Below are positions 19,601 to 28,385 of a DNA stretch of 51,898 bases, piece by piece. Source of the stretch: Ignavibacteria bacterium (lineage in GTDB: Bacteria; Bacteroidota; Ignavibacteria; Tepidaquicellales; OLB5); contig JAYTUN010000171.1 in assembly GCA_043744495.1 (NCBI GenBank), positions 1 through 51,898 on the forward strand, in the 5' to 3' direction. A model generated the notes under the pieces. The model was given only the letters and a program-made list of their open reading frames with translations. It did no database searches and was not told where the DNA came from. Position numbers and translations under genes: made by a program. The first letter of the stretch is position 1, and each line of letters begins with the position of its first letter.

Positions 19601-22559
19601 TCTTCTCTACTACCGGAACACTCTCACCACCAAACATATTAGCCTGGTAAACAAGCCTCAATCCAAGCAATTGCGAAACTTCCCCTGCGCCCGCATCAGC
19701 TATCTCGCCAATAAAATATATAGCGCTCGCCGGCTTATCCATCGGTGTTGCAGTAACAAATAATATACTATTTGACATCACATTACCGGCAGCTTTCGCT
19801 TTACCTGTTTCGGCATTTTTTAGGTTATGAGCTTCATCATATATAACAAGCCCGTACTTCTCCTGCTTGCCTATAATACCCCTGCGCAAGTCTGAAAACG
19901 TGCCTATCTCAAAATCGCTCAAACCAATATTCAAAGCGGCAGCGTCTTTTACAAAACTGTCCTTTATTATACGGTCTGATTCTGTTACGATTAATATTGG
20001 TAAGGATTTACCCTGTGATACTACTTTTTTATATTCATTGGCAACTACAAGCAGCTCCCTTGTTTTGCCTACTCCCGGCCCGTCTGCTAACAGGAATGCC
20101 CTGCCACCATTTTCAAACCGGTTTAACGCTAAATTTACCGCATATCTCTGATGCTCGTCAATATCATACTTACCCTCTACAACATGTTCTTTTGCAACAT
20201 CGGGTAAATTTTGTCCGTTAGCATATCTGAGAGGAGGTCGCTTGTCTCCGCCCTTTGCTCTATCTGCTGCAGAAAGCTCACGTTCGCTAAGTATTGCCTG
20301 TCGTTCAGCTTTACTGATTCTTTCGGCAAATCCTTCGTGCTTAAATCCGTTGATTTCGTTTTCATCACTTAATGAATTTAATATTTCCGGACTTATACTC
20401 CCGTCCTTCTTAAACTTATTGTATGCTTCCTGCAGATACGGCAGCAGCTTCTCCATACCCCTTGCTACCATCTGCCGCGCTAACTGCTCGATTCTATAAT
20501 AACCAATCTGTATGTATTTACTAATTAATTTAGAGGTAAGCAATGCCAAATTTGGGTCATAAAACGCAGGAAGTTTACCCATTGCTTTTATAATCTCTTT
20601 TTCAATATCATCTATCTCATCTTTTACCTTACCAATTTTATTATCACTTGCTGCAAATACAGTCTTATCCCGCGCCTCCCCCGAGTTACTCGGGGCTCCA
20701 AACAATCCTCCCTCTGCCTCTCCTGCAGCTTTGTATTTCCCTTCCTGCACCCGCAGTTTTTCAAGACTATCCTGTAAATCAAGTATATCAGTCCTTATAG
20801 GCTCCAATACCCTGTTTATATCAGCATTCGTTATACTGCCCGCCCCTTTGGGGCTGTCCGTCTGCTTCCTTTTAACCAATTCAGCGCGCTTATCCTTTAA
20901 TGCCTTCTCTTGCCCGCGTATCTGACCCTCTAACTCACTCACCCTTCGCCTGTATTCAAGCTCCGCATTACTCAGACTCTCACGCTTCGGCAAATTTAAC
21001 GGCTTCCGCGGATCAAACTCCGGCTTATCCACTACATCCTGCACCCGCCTCGAAAACTCAGTCTTTGTCTTTGCCATCTTAAAATTATTCTCGTCCATCA
21101 GCCAGTCAAACATCTCATCCTCATGCTTATTTGTAAGCATATCACCAAATTTCTTCCTCGCAAAACCATTCCAACTCGCAATACTTTCAACCCTGCCCTG
21201 AAGGTCCTTATCACCGCTTTTAACCAGACTGCGTAACATCTGCATCGTCTTACCCTTCGGATTCAAATAACTCAACTCTATCACATAAGGCGCGCCTGAC
21301 TTACCATACAAATCCTCAGCCCGTGCCTTCTGCTCACTATCATCAGCAAATTTACCCTTATCCCTCAATCCCCTTAAATATCCCGCATTATCCGTAGGCT
21401 TCTGTACTGCACCCTGATTCGATTCTTGCGCTATCTTCTTTGCCTGCTCAAAAGATACTCCGTCACTTTCTCTTATTATCTGTGACCTTATCTCACTGAA
21501 ATCCCTGCCCTTATATTCAATACCCTCTTTATTCAGATACTCAAATGCTGCTAACCTGCTATGTCCCGCCAGTAGTTCCAGCTCACCATCCTTCCGCTCA
21601 TATAATTGTATTGGAGGCAAAGCATCAAATACCAGAGTACCATTTTTAACATCATTAACTATCCTGTTGAAAGTCTGCTCGCTGTAATCCTCTCCCTGCC
21701 TGCCCTGGTAATCTTTCAGCTTCTTCGTAATATCAGATATCTTAACCTCGCCAAATGCCTTCGTCTGCTTTACCTTATCTTTGGATTTTAATTCCCCTCT
21801 CAAGAGGGGTGGCTGCGAAGCAGACGGGGTGTGTTCCTCTTCTAAATTCTTAGCTTTCTGCTGATCCTCAACTTCGGCGAGCTTCCGTTTATACCCTTCT
21901 AATTTCTGCCCCCATACTTTTTCAATTTCATCAGCATCTTTCGGATTCAATTTACGTATTCCCTTCACCCGTTCAGAGTCAAGCATTCTATTTGCAAATG
22001 CAATCTTCTTTTCCAATGCTTCTGCAGTATTCTCAGGGAACGCCTCAATCTGGTCTAAATCATCCTTCTCCGCCTGCGTTAATTCAGTCTTTACAGTAGG
22101 GGTAACCTGTTTCGGCTGTTCTTTGGTGAAAAGTGTATTTTCAGATTTTATAGGCTCTATACCATCTTTAGTTGCTTCCTTAACCATTTGATACCCAATT
22201 CGTGCTATTGAATTAGGCATTTCTTTATCTTTAATTTTTTCAAATTTTACATCTACTCTTTTAGGGTTTCCACGCACATCTTTTCCTTTCTCCACTGAAT
22301 AAGTAAATTCATTACCTCTTTTATGCAGATTAACTCTATATGCCGATTTATATTTATCGTTAGTAACTTGAATTTTGGATTTAAGAACATCCGCACCAGG
22401 TTGATTAATTACAAAATGCGGTATGTCATCCCCTCCAAATGGATTGGGTTTAACAAATTCTGGTTTATCAATAACCTCTTTGGGCTTTTCCGGGTATGAT
22501 TCAGCAATACTTTTCCCGCCGCGTTCTTTTTGCTTATCTAAAAATTCCATTAAGATCAA
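16626..22559 (-). CDS. large polyvalent (DarB-like) protein, probably truncated at both ends: ParB-like + SF2 strawberry-notch-like helicase + ART-like + nuclease-like + start of a metallopeptidase
   Basis: LLAGHSRL; FLLADGPGVGKT, YDEAHNLKN, GGVGINL, QVIGRVSR; FKKWFGDSKVVD..GKPLVVY, GFYAS, YGYDGI, FEPGQIKSATGN; ends VYIN..RVGLH at the repeat junction. Confidence 0.8.
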   Translation of the reverse strand: MILMEFLDKQKERGGKSIAESYPEKPKEVIDKPEFVKPNPFGGDDIPHFVINQPGADVLKSKIQVTNDKYKSAYRVNLHKRGNEFTYSVEKGKDVRGNPKRVDVKFEKIKDKEMPNSIARIGYQMVKEATKDGIEPIKSENTLFTKEQPKQVTPTVKTELTQAEKDDLDQIEAFPENTAEALEKKIAFANRMLDSERVKGIRKLNPKDADEIEKVWGQKLEGYKRKLAEVEDQQKAKNLEEEHTPSASQPPLLRGELKSKDKVKQTKAFGEVKISDITKKLKDYQGRQGEDYSEQTFNRIVNDVKNGTLVFDALPPIQLYERKDGELELLAGHSRLAAFEYLNKEGIEYKGRDFSEIRSQIIRESDGVSFEQAKKIAQESNQGAVQKPTDNAGYLRGLRDKGKFADDSEQKARAEDLYGKSGAPYVIELSYLNPKGKTMQMLRSLVKSGDKDLQGRVESIASWNGFARKKFGDMLTNKHEDEMFDWLMDENNFKMAKTKTEFSRRVQDVVDKPEFDPRKPLNLPKRESLSNAELEYRRRVSELEGQIRGQEKALKDKRAELVKRKQTDSPKGAGSITNADINRVLEPIRTDILDLQDSLEKLRVQEGKYKAAGEAEGGLFGAPSNSGEARDKTVFAASDNKIGKVKDEIDDIEKEIIKAMGKLPAFYDPNLALLTSKLISKYIQIGYYRIEQLARQMVARGMEKLLPYLQEAYNKFKKDGSISPEILNSLSDENEINGFKHEGFAERISKAERQAILSERELSAADRAKGGDKRPPLRYANGQNLPDVAKEHVVEGKYDIDEHQRYAVNLALNRFENGGRAFLLADGPGVGKTRELLVVANEYKKVVSQGKSLPILIVTESDRIIKDSFVKDAAALNIGLSDFEIGTFSDLRRGIIGKQEKYGLVIYDEAHNLKNAETGKAKAAGNVMSNSILFVTATPMDKPASAIYFIGEIADAGAGEVSQLLGLRLVYQANMFGGESVPVVEKIEGVNESDVIEKIIDLRNKAISAGAMIRREYPFFGTVKDSEYRLDNTSGERQDAIFEHYKDKIKGVFRSRSLSEREKKDIGMKLGQKRSSELHRFTESLKADQVYAESVKDINDGKQVIYAAEYVNDSVIESIGIEVESSLSQLKRKLEKDGIKYAELYGGNKKKNREAMVKFQTGQVQALLMTYRSGGVGINLDDVEGTSPRVMYVLSPSHGGDMLQQVIGRVSRRNTQSPASVKLVYFEDSINDNRRRQIIAGKMRTLFAIQEGEDIDRARLEEEETLRKAPSGQGVNPKGVEGKPDVRFMKRETDYGNLFVIEKALVEEMKRLQRRIQNVEFVLGADSEYYRTEKRLGEVRRELVKVRADISKLKPEENEFGNDQMAMFMKKAAVKSNKAKIEAEAKRQTDTAEFKKWFGDSKVVDADGKPLVVYSGHSNIALYGNEYDSKKSTSGGFYASESPEVASGYALGKWGNREYYENGSQYRLKGKNGEFNKKISQYKLNEEQLKKLEEYKNLTEDEYDTKANNLGDMDYYIKNNKDYDKDVRRWGITGGSDNLQNIFDFFEQQGYNIAYLSDQNLPSDVRPPEFLRQTKNDFEELLDYIGVEWQSYDWMQPGIYPIYLKIENPINADKPFPSDLLTALKDYAKGKRNPKETDFDYTYWTKDYNIKSWVEDIENNREGWTTQIPKSALPIIKQYGYDGIKEWGSKGLDLPREKRQINWIAFEPGQIKSATGNSGAFDAGNADIRFMRGEDEKFNVDGRLEEKQQSIKTRLKDISKYADKKQELAKLWKGDIAEVKIKTDNETFTVEKGNSYYGAAKIIAKHFGVDLTLDDLLKLPEVLKNGKRERSYNGRDQIRFNDKGNGLRYTAVINARNEIINYYTDYEQKKNRKFGNDSLSLRFKKSPYGDLNTKIADGKTDVNAKVSTIKIKAVVGVLDKAIGGVGVNYVNDAEMLELQKRYGNEDSVPHYAFALLNKKEVYINTESVDERVGLHSC
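19947..20099. repeat. 153-bp direct repeat, copy B (encodes the helicase Walker A region)
   Basis: See copy A. Confidence 0.95.
21792..21835. repeat. REP-like repeat lying in frame within the polyvalent ORF
   Basis: TCCCCTCTCAAGAGGGGTGGC[TGCGAAGCA]GACGGGGTGTG; encodes HTPSASQPPLLRGE. Confidence 0.7.
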
Positions 22560-23011
22560 TTAGCCTTACGATTGACCGCACGATACCTGAATATCGCTAT
22601 ACCCGCCAAATCAAAAAAATACAGCTTATCGCCTGAAATTTGATAAGCAAATACTTTTGGCAGCAGTTTTAAATAAACATATTCCGTTTCAAGCTCACCG
22701 CAGGCCATTTCAGTAGAAAGCATAAGCCCAAAAGTTAATTTAGTATCCTTAATAATGTAATCAGAAGCATAAGTGTTGCAAGGAGCCTTTCCGCTGATGC
22801 GCAAACCAACCTCATCAAATTTAAGCGAAATATCTTTGCTGCCGGCCGGCTCATATTTATTGCCGTTCATTTCATATAAAACCCACTCCGTTCCGGTTAG
22901 AGAATTCCCATCGCCCACCTTTGATGAACCGCATCCGTAAAACAATCCAGCTATTAACATAATAGCAAACAACGAAAATGCAAAGCATTCTGCTGATAAT
23001 TTTCTTTTCAT
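22556..23011 (-). CDS. META (HslJ) domain lipoprotein
   Basis: Lipobox FYGC; LTGTEWVL, SGKAPCNTY, STEMAC; likely start MKRK at 23011. Confidence 0.85.
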   Translation of the reverse strand: MKRKLSAECFAFSLFAIMLIAGLFYGCGSSKVGDGNSLTGTEWVLYEMNGNKYEPAGSKDISLKFDEVGLRISGKAPCNTYASDYIIKDTKLTFGLMLSTEMACGELETEYVYLKLLPKVFAYQISGDKLYFFDLAGIAIFRYRAVNRKAN

Positions 23012-23108
23012 ATAATTAATTATCTTTATAAGTAGTATCAGGCCTGCCTTTAGGTTTGCAACCTGACACGGAATAATTTTGAAAAAGATTTTAATAGAAT
23101 TAAATATT

Positions 23109-23544
23109 CTATTTCTTAAACACAGCAACAGCATTTCCGAAGCTGGTTAAGCTTAGTTTGCCGCCAGATACGCTATACCCGTCAATTTTTCCGAGAGCGT
23201 TAAAATAATCACTTTCATCTGTCATCTCATCACATGCCATCTTTGTTGAGCTTATCTCAGAGAGCTTCATGCTTTTACCTTCTTTAAAATACCTGCCATA
23301 ATACAAGTTGCATCCGCCAAAGCCGTTTAAATTTCCGTTTGCTTTGTTGAGAGTCTTTGTTGAGAGTCAAAGTAATAAATTTCCCGCTATTCAATGTAAC
23401 CGGTTTTCCGTTAAGTGATTCAAGCTTCCATTCAATGCCATCTATCTTAGCATTAGAGGCCGAATCCGTGCTCCCTGAACACCCGGAAATCATCAAAACA
23501 AAAAACATTGCAGCAATAACCGTAACAATTATGTTTGTTTTCAT
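23109..23544 (-). pseudogene. META domain lipoprotein frameshifted by a 13-bp tandem duplication
   Basis: Removing one CTTTGTTGAGAGT unit (23342-23367) restores LTLNKANGNLNGFGGCNLYYGRY..STKMAC. Confidence 0.88.
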
Positions 23545-23648
23545 TTAAATAAATTATTTTTTTTAACAGACCTCAAAAGTCTTATGCGAAACAACTTAAA
23601 GCTTTTTAACCTTTAAACTTTCAACCCGTAAACTATAATCTGTAATCT

Positions 23649-24032
23649 TTAAAACTTAAACGGCTTCGTACAGGGGTCGCACTCAAATCCAAGCACAGTA
23701 CCCAGACATTTCCATTTGCTTCCTTTTTTAATGTGAACATATGCAAGATCAACTGCCTGCTTTATGCCGCCCCCGTTATATTTTGTACCCTCAATGAAAA
23801 TTTCATAGTAAGTTGGATCAGCTGCAGGTTTGTAATAAATTTTTGATACATCCACAATAAGCTTATAATCATTATCACAACATGCGCACCACAGAATCAC
23901 CTGTGATATTTCGTTATCTTCAAAATATTTAACGGTCTTTTCCGCCTGGTCTTTTGTTATCCATGCAAGCTGGTCAGCATAATTAATCTTAACCACAGCA
24001 AACAACAACACAATTAAAATAAGTCTTTTCAT
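23649..24032 (-). CDS. secreted Cys-rich hypothetical protein
   Basis: Signal peptide, WCACC and CLG..CDPC motifs. Confidence 0.75.
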   Translation of the reverse strand: MKRLILIVLLFAVVKINYADQLAWITKDQAEKTVKYFEDNEISQVILWCACCDNDYKLIVDVSKIYYKPAADPTYYEIFIEGTKYNGGGIKQAVDLAYVHIKKGSKWKCLGTVLGFECDPCTKPFKF

Positions 24033-24152
24033 ATTTTTATAACACCCTTCTATGTTAATATATTATACATCAAATATAACAGGAAATTTAAAAATATTCT
24101 ATTTAGCGTAAATTAATGCGTAAGGATCTTAGATTAATGCAATGTTACAGGT

Positions 24153-24293
24153 TTAAAGCTCGGTAACCTCAAACGGCAGGTTAATATCTGAATGGTATAT
24201 TTCTTCGAATATCTTTATAATATCATCAGCAATTTGCTCAATAGATGCGCTATCAATAACAGAATATTTCCCGCTGTAATTGCCTCCATTATC
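24153..24293 (-). pseudogene. probable 3' gene remnant (46 codons, no start)
   Basis: DNGGNYSGKYSVIDSASIEQIADDIIKIFEEIYHSDINLPFEVTEL* begins directly after the lipoprotein TAG. Confidence 0.4.
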
Positions 24294-25361
24294 CTACTTT
24301 TTAGGCCTGGCTATAATTAAACGCGAATAAGGCGGTTCATAAAACGAGTAAAAATTATTATTTTTCTTTTTGATCCTGTAAAGGGGATATCCATAACCTG
24401 TATAATTATTTTGTTTGTACCATTTCAATCCATTGTAATAATATATCACATTATCTGCTGTATGAATGTTGCGCGCATAACACATAATATCATTTACCGA
24501 ACTTCCTCCGCATGATATTTGACTTAAAGGAAAATTAGTCGTATCTAATCTTTCCCAACTGTATTTTAAAAAATTAAATTTAACCAGGTAATTATAGCTA
24601 TTTCTTATAACATCATTTCCTATTACAGTTGCAACATCTCCTATGCCGGTACTAGCATCGTATGGTTCACTGTAATACACATTCCATGCATTTTCCGTAA
24701 ATTTGTAAACATAATAAATTCCAATACCTGAACCGGTCGGATCTGCGCCGAATAAATAAAGCTCATTATTTGAATTCAAAAAAAGTTGTGAGGCGATAGT
24801 TCTGCTTTGAATATTATAAGTTGTAATGTTTGAACCGTCATAATGATATACCTTTTTTCCATAATCTGTTGCCAGCCATACATCATTTAGATTATTTACT
24901 AAAATATTATCAATACCTTTAGATGAATCCTCTGGAATAGGTATATTTATAAAATCAGTTCCGTTCCATTTCATTAATTTGGAATGTGGGTTTGCAATAT
25001 GTATATCCTGTCCACCTATAAATATATTATTTGGGTCATAGACTTTAAAAGATGAACCCCAAAAACTTGTATCAGTAGTTGAGAGTGGCATAAATATATT
25101 ACCGTCATAGTATATAAATCCTTTGGGTGTCAATAGATATATTCTGTTGGTATCATATACATCTATATCAAAGAGGATATACCCAAAAATTTCTCTGTAT
25201 TCCCAGTTAAAGAATGCACTATCTTCTATACCTGAAGGAGGCGGGGGAGGCTGAGGGGGCGGTCCAACAGGGTCTTCGCTGCAAGAATTTAACATTAATA
25301 CAGATAATACAATAAATAGCAGACTTAATGACTTAGATAGGATATTTGAAATAAATTTCAT
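24294..25361 (-). CDS. lipoprotein with Pro-rich tether and probable beta-propeller
   Basis: Lipobox LNSC, PPPQPPPPP, repeated YYDG/KWNG/HYDG/YYNG blades. Confidence 0.8.
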   Translation of the reverse strand: MKFISNILSKSLSLLFIVLSVLMLNSCSEDPVGPPPQPPPPPSGIEDSAFFNWEYREIFGYILFDIDVYDTNRIYLLTPKGFIYYDGNIFMPLSTTDTSFWGSSFKVYDPNNIFIGGQDIHIANPHSKLMKWNGTDFINIPIPEDSSKGIDNILVNNLNDVWLATDYGKKVYHYDGSNITTYNIQSRTIASQLFLNSNNELYLFGADPTGSGIGIYYVYKFTENAWNVYYSEPYDASTGIGDVATVIGNDVIRNSYNYLVKFNFLKYSWERLDTTNFPLSQISCGGSSVNDIMCYARNIHTADNVIYYYNGLKWYKQNNYTGYGYPLYRIKKKNNNFYSFYEPPYSRLIIARPKK

Positions 25362-25445
25362 GATATTAATTGAAAAGGCTTTCTCAATTCTGTAAAAAAC
25401 AATACATTAACAAGAAAGCTCATTATGTTTATCAGTATGTTTATA

Positions 25446-25488
25446 CAAATATAACATCTACCCCCCCCTAAACAATGACCTAAGTCAT
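25446..25488 (-). promoter_or_regulatory. promoter with Crp/Fnr-like palindrome and G8 tract
   Basis: TATATTTG element (25446-25453, minus), C8 at 25461-25468, ATGAC-N4-GTCAT at 25475-25488. Confidence 0.6.
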
Positions 25489-25507
25489 AATATATAACGA
25501 TAGATAC

Positions 25508-25533
25508 AAAAAAAGCTGACTTTTAGGTCAGCC
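25508..25533 (-). terminator. intrinsic terminator
   Basis: GCTGAC-N6-GTCAGC stem followed by T7 on the minus strand. Confidence 0.7.
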
Positions 25534-25573
25534 CTTGTAAACACGGGTATTTAAATTTGGCAATAATTGTTTT

Positions 25574-26140
25574 CTAATAACTTATATCGTCATGCGTACC
25601 ATCTTCTTTAATTTGTTTCTCATACTTTGCACGGTATTCCATCAAAACATTCTGGAACTTAACACCAAGACCCAATGGACTCATAACGATCTTTTTTCCC
25701 CAGTAACTGCCTATGTTGGAATAATCTACAACTGTTAAACCGAAGTCCTTCAATATATCCTGCGCATCACGTCCCTGCTTTCCCAAAAATTCCGTTGCTG
25801 CCAATAGCTCAGCATATTTTTCTATCGGAAATGTTTGTTCATTAAACTCTTTTTTTAGCGGCAGGTTTCCTTTGGCAACGCTGTTAAAAATTGCCGCGTT
25901 CCTTATTGAAAAAGTGAAGGTCCTGTCATTTTGCATTCTTGCCAGCCATTCATTATTGACCCTGTCCCATTTCGGTCTGTCAATTCCCAGCAGTTTCACT
26001 ATCTCTTCGGTCGGAGTTCCACCCGCAAGCTTTGCGTTTACCTTCACCCAGTCTTCGAAGGCTATACCTTCTACCGGTTCATCTTTACCACCGCTAACTG
26101 CCTTTTGAACTGTTTTTAAAACTGAATCAAAAATTCCCAT
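25574..26140 (-). CDS. hypothetical protein with two internal helical repeats
   Basis: FEDWVKV..LGIDRPKW..W and IEKYAEL..FGLTVVDY..W; 188 aa. Confidence 0.75.
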   Translation of the reverse strand: MGIFDSVLKTVQKAVSGGKDEPVEGIAFEDWVKVNAKLAGGTPTEEIVKLLGIDRPKWDRVNNEWLARMQNDRTFTFSIRNAAIFNSVAKGNLPLKKEFNEQTFPIEKYAELLAATEFLGKQGRDAQDILKDFGLTVVDYSNIGSYWGKKIVMSPLGLGVKFQNVLMEYRAKYEKQIKEDGTHDDISY

Positions 26141-26659
26141 TGATTTATGTATAAATTAAGGTAATTATAACTGTTAAATAATAAAAGACCTTGCATGTGA
26201 TTTTTATTGGAAAAAAAATCATAATTGTTTTAAATTCACCGTATTGCTTTATTTATCATATGCTTACGTATGAACTTCCTGCTTTGTTGTAATTACCGGT
26301 GTTTGCGGAATTACTTGAGGATTTGTTCTTTCTGAAAGGTGATATTAACATCCATAAACCAATTGGGAAAAGTTTCAGCGGTCAGATGAATGATTTGATT
26401 CAAAAGAGTGCGTTTTGCCGCTCTTATAATAATTTTTTTCTAATTCAATGTAGCGGCGAGTATCTATATCATTAATATCTTCTAGGTATGAATAATTATC
26501 ATTTATGATTTCATATTTTCTGTTTATGAAATTGTTTTTTTGTACTGCTTTCGGTTCTTCCATAAATTAATTTATTATTAATTGATCAATTAAGATTTTT
26601 TAACCCATAACCTCTATAAAACCATTTTCGTTTTTGGCGTTGCGTGACTTGTTTCTATG

Positions 26660-26711
26660 CCCTCCCCTTCGGGGAGGGAAAATCGCACCTATGGTGCGAT
26701 TGGGAGGGGTC
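26660..26711. repeat. REP-like repeat abutting the ettA stop codon
   Basis: CCCTCCCCTTCGGGGAGGG and AATCGCACCTATGGTGCGATT hairpins, GGGAGGGGTC end. Confidence 0.7.
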
Positions 26712-28385
26712 TCACTCCACAAGCTTCTTATATCTTACCCTCTTAGGCTCAATATCACCCATCCGCTTTTTCTTGTTCTCCTCGTATTCACTATAGCCGC
26801 CTTCAAAATAATAAACCTGAGAATCGCCCTCAAACGCAAGTATATGTGTTGCGACTCTATCCAAAAACCACCTGTCATGCGAAATTATTACAGCACATCC
26901 GGCAAAATTATCAAGAGCCTCTTCAAGCGCTCTTAAAGTATTAACATCAATATCGTTTGTCGGCTCATCAAGCAATAGAACATTTGCCTGTGATTTTAAA
27001 GTAAGCGCTAAATGCAGCCTGTTGCGCTCACCACCGGAAAGTATGCCGATTTTCTTACCCTGATCAGAACCGTTAAAATTAAATCTTGCAACGTAAGCAC
27101 GGCTGTTGAACTGCTTGCCGCCAAGCTCAATTATTTCAGAGCCTTCAGATATAGCTTCCCATACGGTTTTGTTCGGGTCAATTTCCGAATGCGCCTGGTC
27201 AACGTAACCGACCTGCACAGTTTCTCCAATTTGAAAATTACCCGCCTGCGGTTTTTCTGTGCCAAGTATCATTCTGAAAAGCGTTGTTTTACCTGCGCCA
27301 TTTGGACCTATTATACCAACAATCCCCGCAGGCGGAAGTGAAAAGTTCATATCTTCAAACAGCAGTTTATCACCAAACGCTTTTTTAATATTTACAGCAT
27401 CTATGACTTTATTACCAAGGCGCTGACCGTTCGGAATAAATATTTCCAGCCTCTCTTCTTTCTTTTTTGTGTCCTCGTTCATCATGCGGTCATAATTTTC
27501 AAGCCTTGCCTTCGATTTTGCATGCCTGGCGCGGGGTGACATCCTAACCCATTCAAGCTCGCGCTCAAGGGTTTTCATTCTCTTTGATTCCTGTTTTTCT
27601 TCTGAATCAAGCCGTGTGGTTTTCTGCTCAAGCCATGATGAATAATTTCCCTGCCACGGTATTCCTTCGCCTCTATCAAGCTCAAGTATCCATCCGGCAA
27701 CGTTATCAAGAAAGTACCTGTCATGCGTTATCGCAATTACTGTTCCTTTATACTGCTTCAAGTGCTGCTCAAGCCAGTCAATTGATTCTGTGTCAAGATG
27801 GTTTGTCGGTTCATCAAGTAGAAGTATATCAGGTTCTTTTAACAAAAGACGGCATAACGCGACACGCCTTTTTTCGCCGCCGCTTAAATTCTTTATTAAC
27901 GCTTCGCCTTCGGGAGTTCGCAAAGCGTCCATTGCGCGCTCTAATTTTGCGTCAAGCTCCCACCCGTTGTGGTGATCTATAAGCTCGGTCAGCTCGCCCT
28001 GTCTTTCGATCAACTTATTCATTTGGTGATCATCCATCGGCTCTGAAAATTTATTGTTCACTTCCTCATATTCTTTCAGTATATCAACAACTTCCTGCGC
28101 GCCTTCCTGGATAATCTCCTTCACCGTTTTGGTTTCATCAAGGTACGGTTCCTGCTCAAGCAGTCCGATACTATACTCCTTTGTGAAATGCACATCGCCA
28201 TCGAAGTTATCTTCAACTCCCGCAATAATTTTCAGCAGGGTAGATTTACCCGAACCATTTAGACCTATGATGCCAATTTTTGCGCCGTAAAAAAAGGAAA
28301 GGTAAATGTTCTTTAAAACCTGCTTCTGCGGCGGGAAAGCTTTACTAACACCCACCATCGAAAAAATTATCTTATTATCTGCCAT
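26712..28385 (-). CDS. ettA: energy-dependent translational throttle ABC-F protein EttA
   Basis: LKNIYLSFFYGAKIGIIGLNGSGKST, two ABC domains, LERELEWVRMSPRARHAKSKARL linker. Confidence 0.96.
   Translation of the reverse strand: MADNKIIFSMVGVSKAFPPQKQVLKNIYLSFFYGAKIGIIGLNGSGKSTLLKIIAGVEDNFDGDVHFTKEYSIGLLEQEPYLDETKTVKEIIQEGAQEVVDILKEYEEVNNKFSEPMDDHQMNKLIERQGELTELIDHHNGWELDAKLERAMDALRTPEGEALIKNLSGGEKRRVALCRLLLKEPDILLLDEPTNHLDTESIDWLEQHLKQYKGTVIAITHDRYFLDNVAGWILELDRGEGIPWQGNYSSWLEQKTTRLDSEEKQESKRMKTLERELEWVRMSPRARHAKSKARLENYDRMMNEDTKKKEERLEIFIPNGQRLGNKVIDAVNIKKAFGDKLLFEDMNFSLPPAGIVGIIGPNGAGKTTLFRMILGTEKPQAGNFQIGETVQVGYVDQAHSEIDPNKTVWEAISEGSEIIELGGKQFNSRAYVARFNFNGSDQGKKIGILSGGERNRLHLALTLKSQANVLLLDEPTNDIDVNTLRALEEALDNFAGCAVIISHDRWFLDRVATHILAFEGDSQVYYFEGGYSEYEENKKKRMGDIEPKRVRYKKLVE

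Larger units (their letters stand above)
16486..22555 (-). mobile_element. phage/mobile-element-derived fragment between marR and the META gene
   Basis: Filled by one truncated polyvalent-protein ORF plus a 153-bp duplicate; flanked by host-type genes; no mobility gene. Confidence 0.7.

Noticed and set aside
16486-20099. Diversity-generating retroelement TR/VR pair
   Set aside because: Only four differences, mostly third-position; the target would be a conserved Walker A motif; no reverse transcriptase in the window
13824-22555. Intact prophage or ICE
   Set aside because: No integrase, structural or transfer genes; the host marR and GNAT remnant lie between the pieces
16470-22561. ATCAATT at 16470-16476 and 22555-22561 as a target-site duplication
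   Set aside because: A 7-bp AT-rich match, part of the marR operator and 9 bp outside the repeat boundary; chance cannot be excluded without the empty site
26281-26563. Possible degraded P-loop ATPase (KSGKT followed by NQII in another frame)
   Set aside because: Too short and broken to assign by eye
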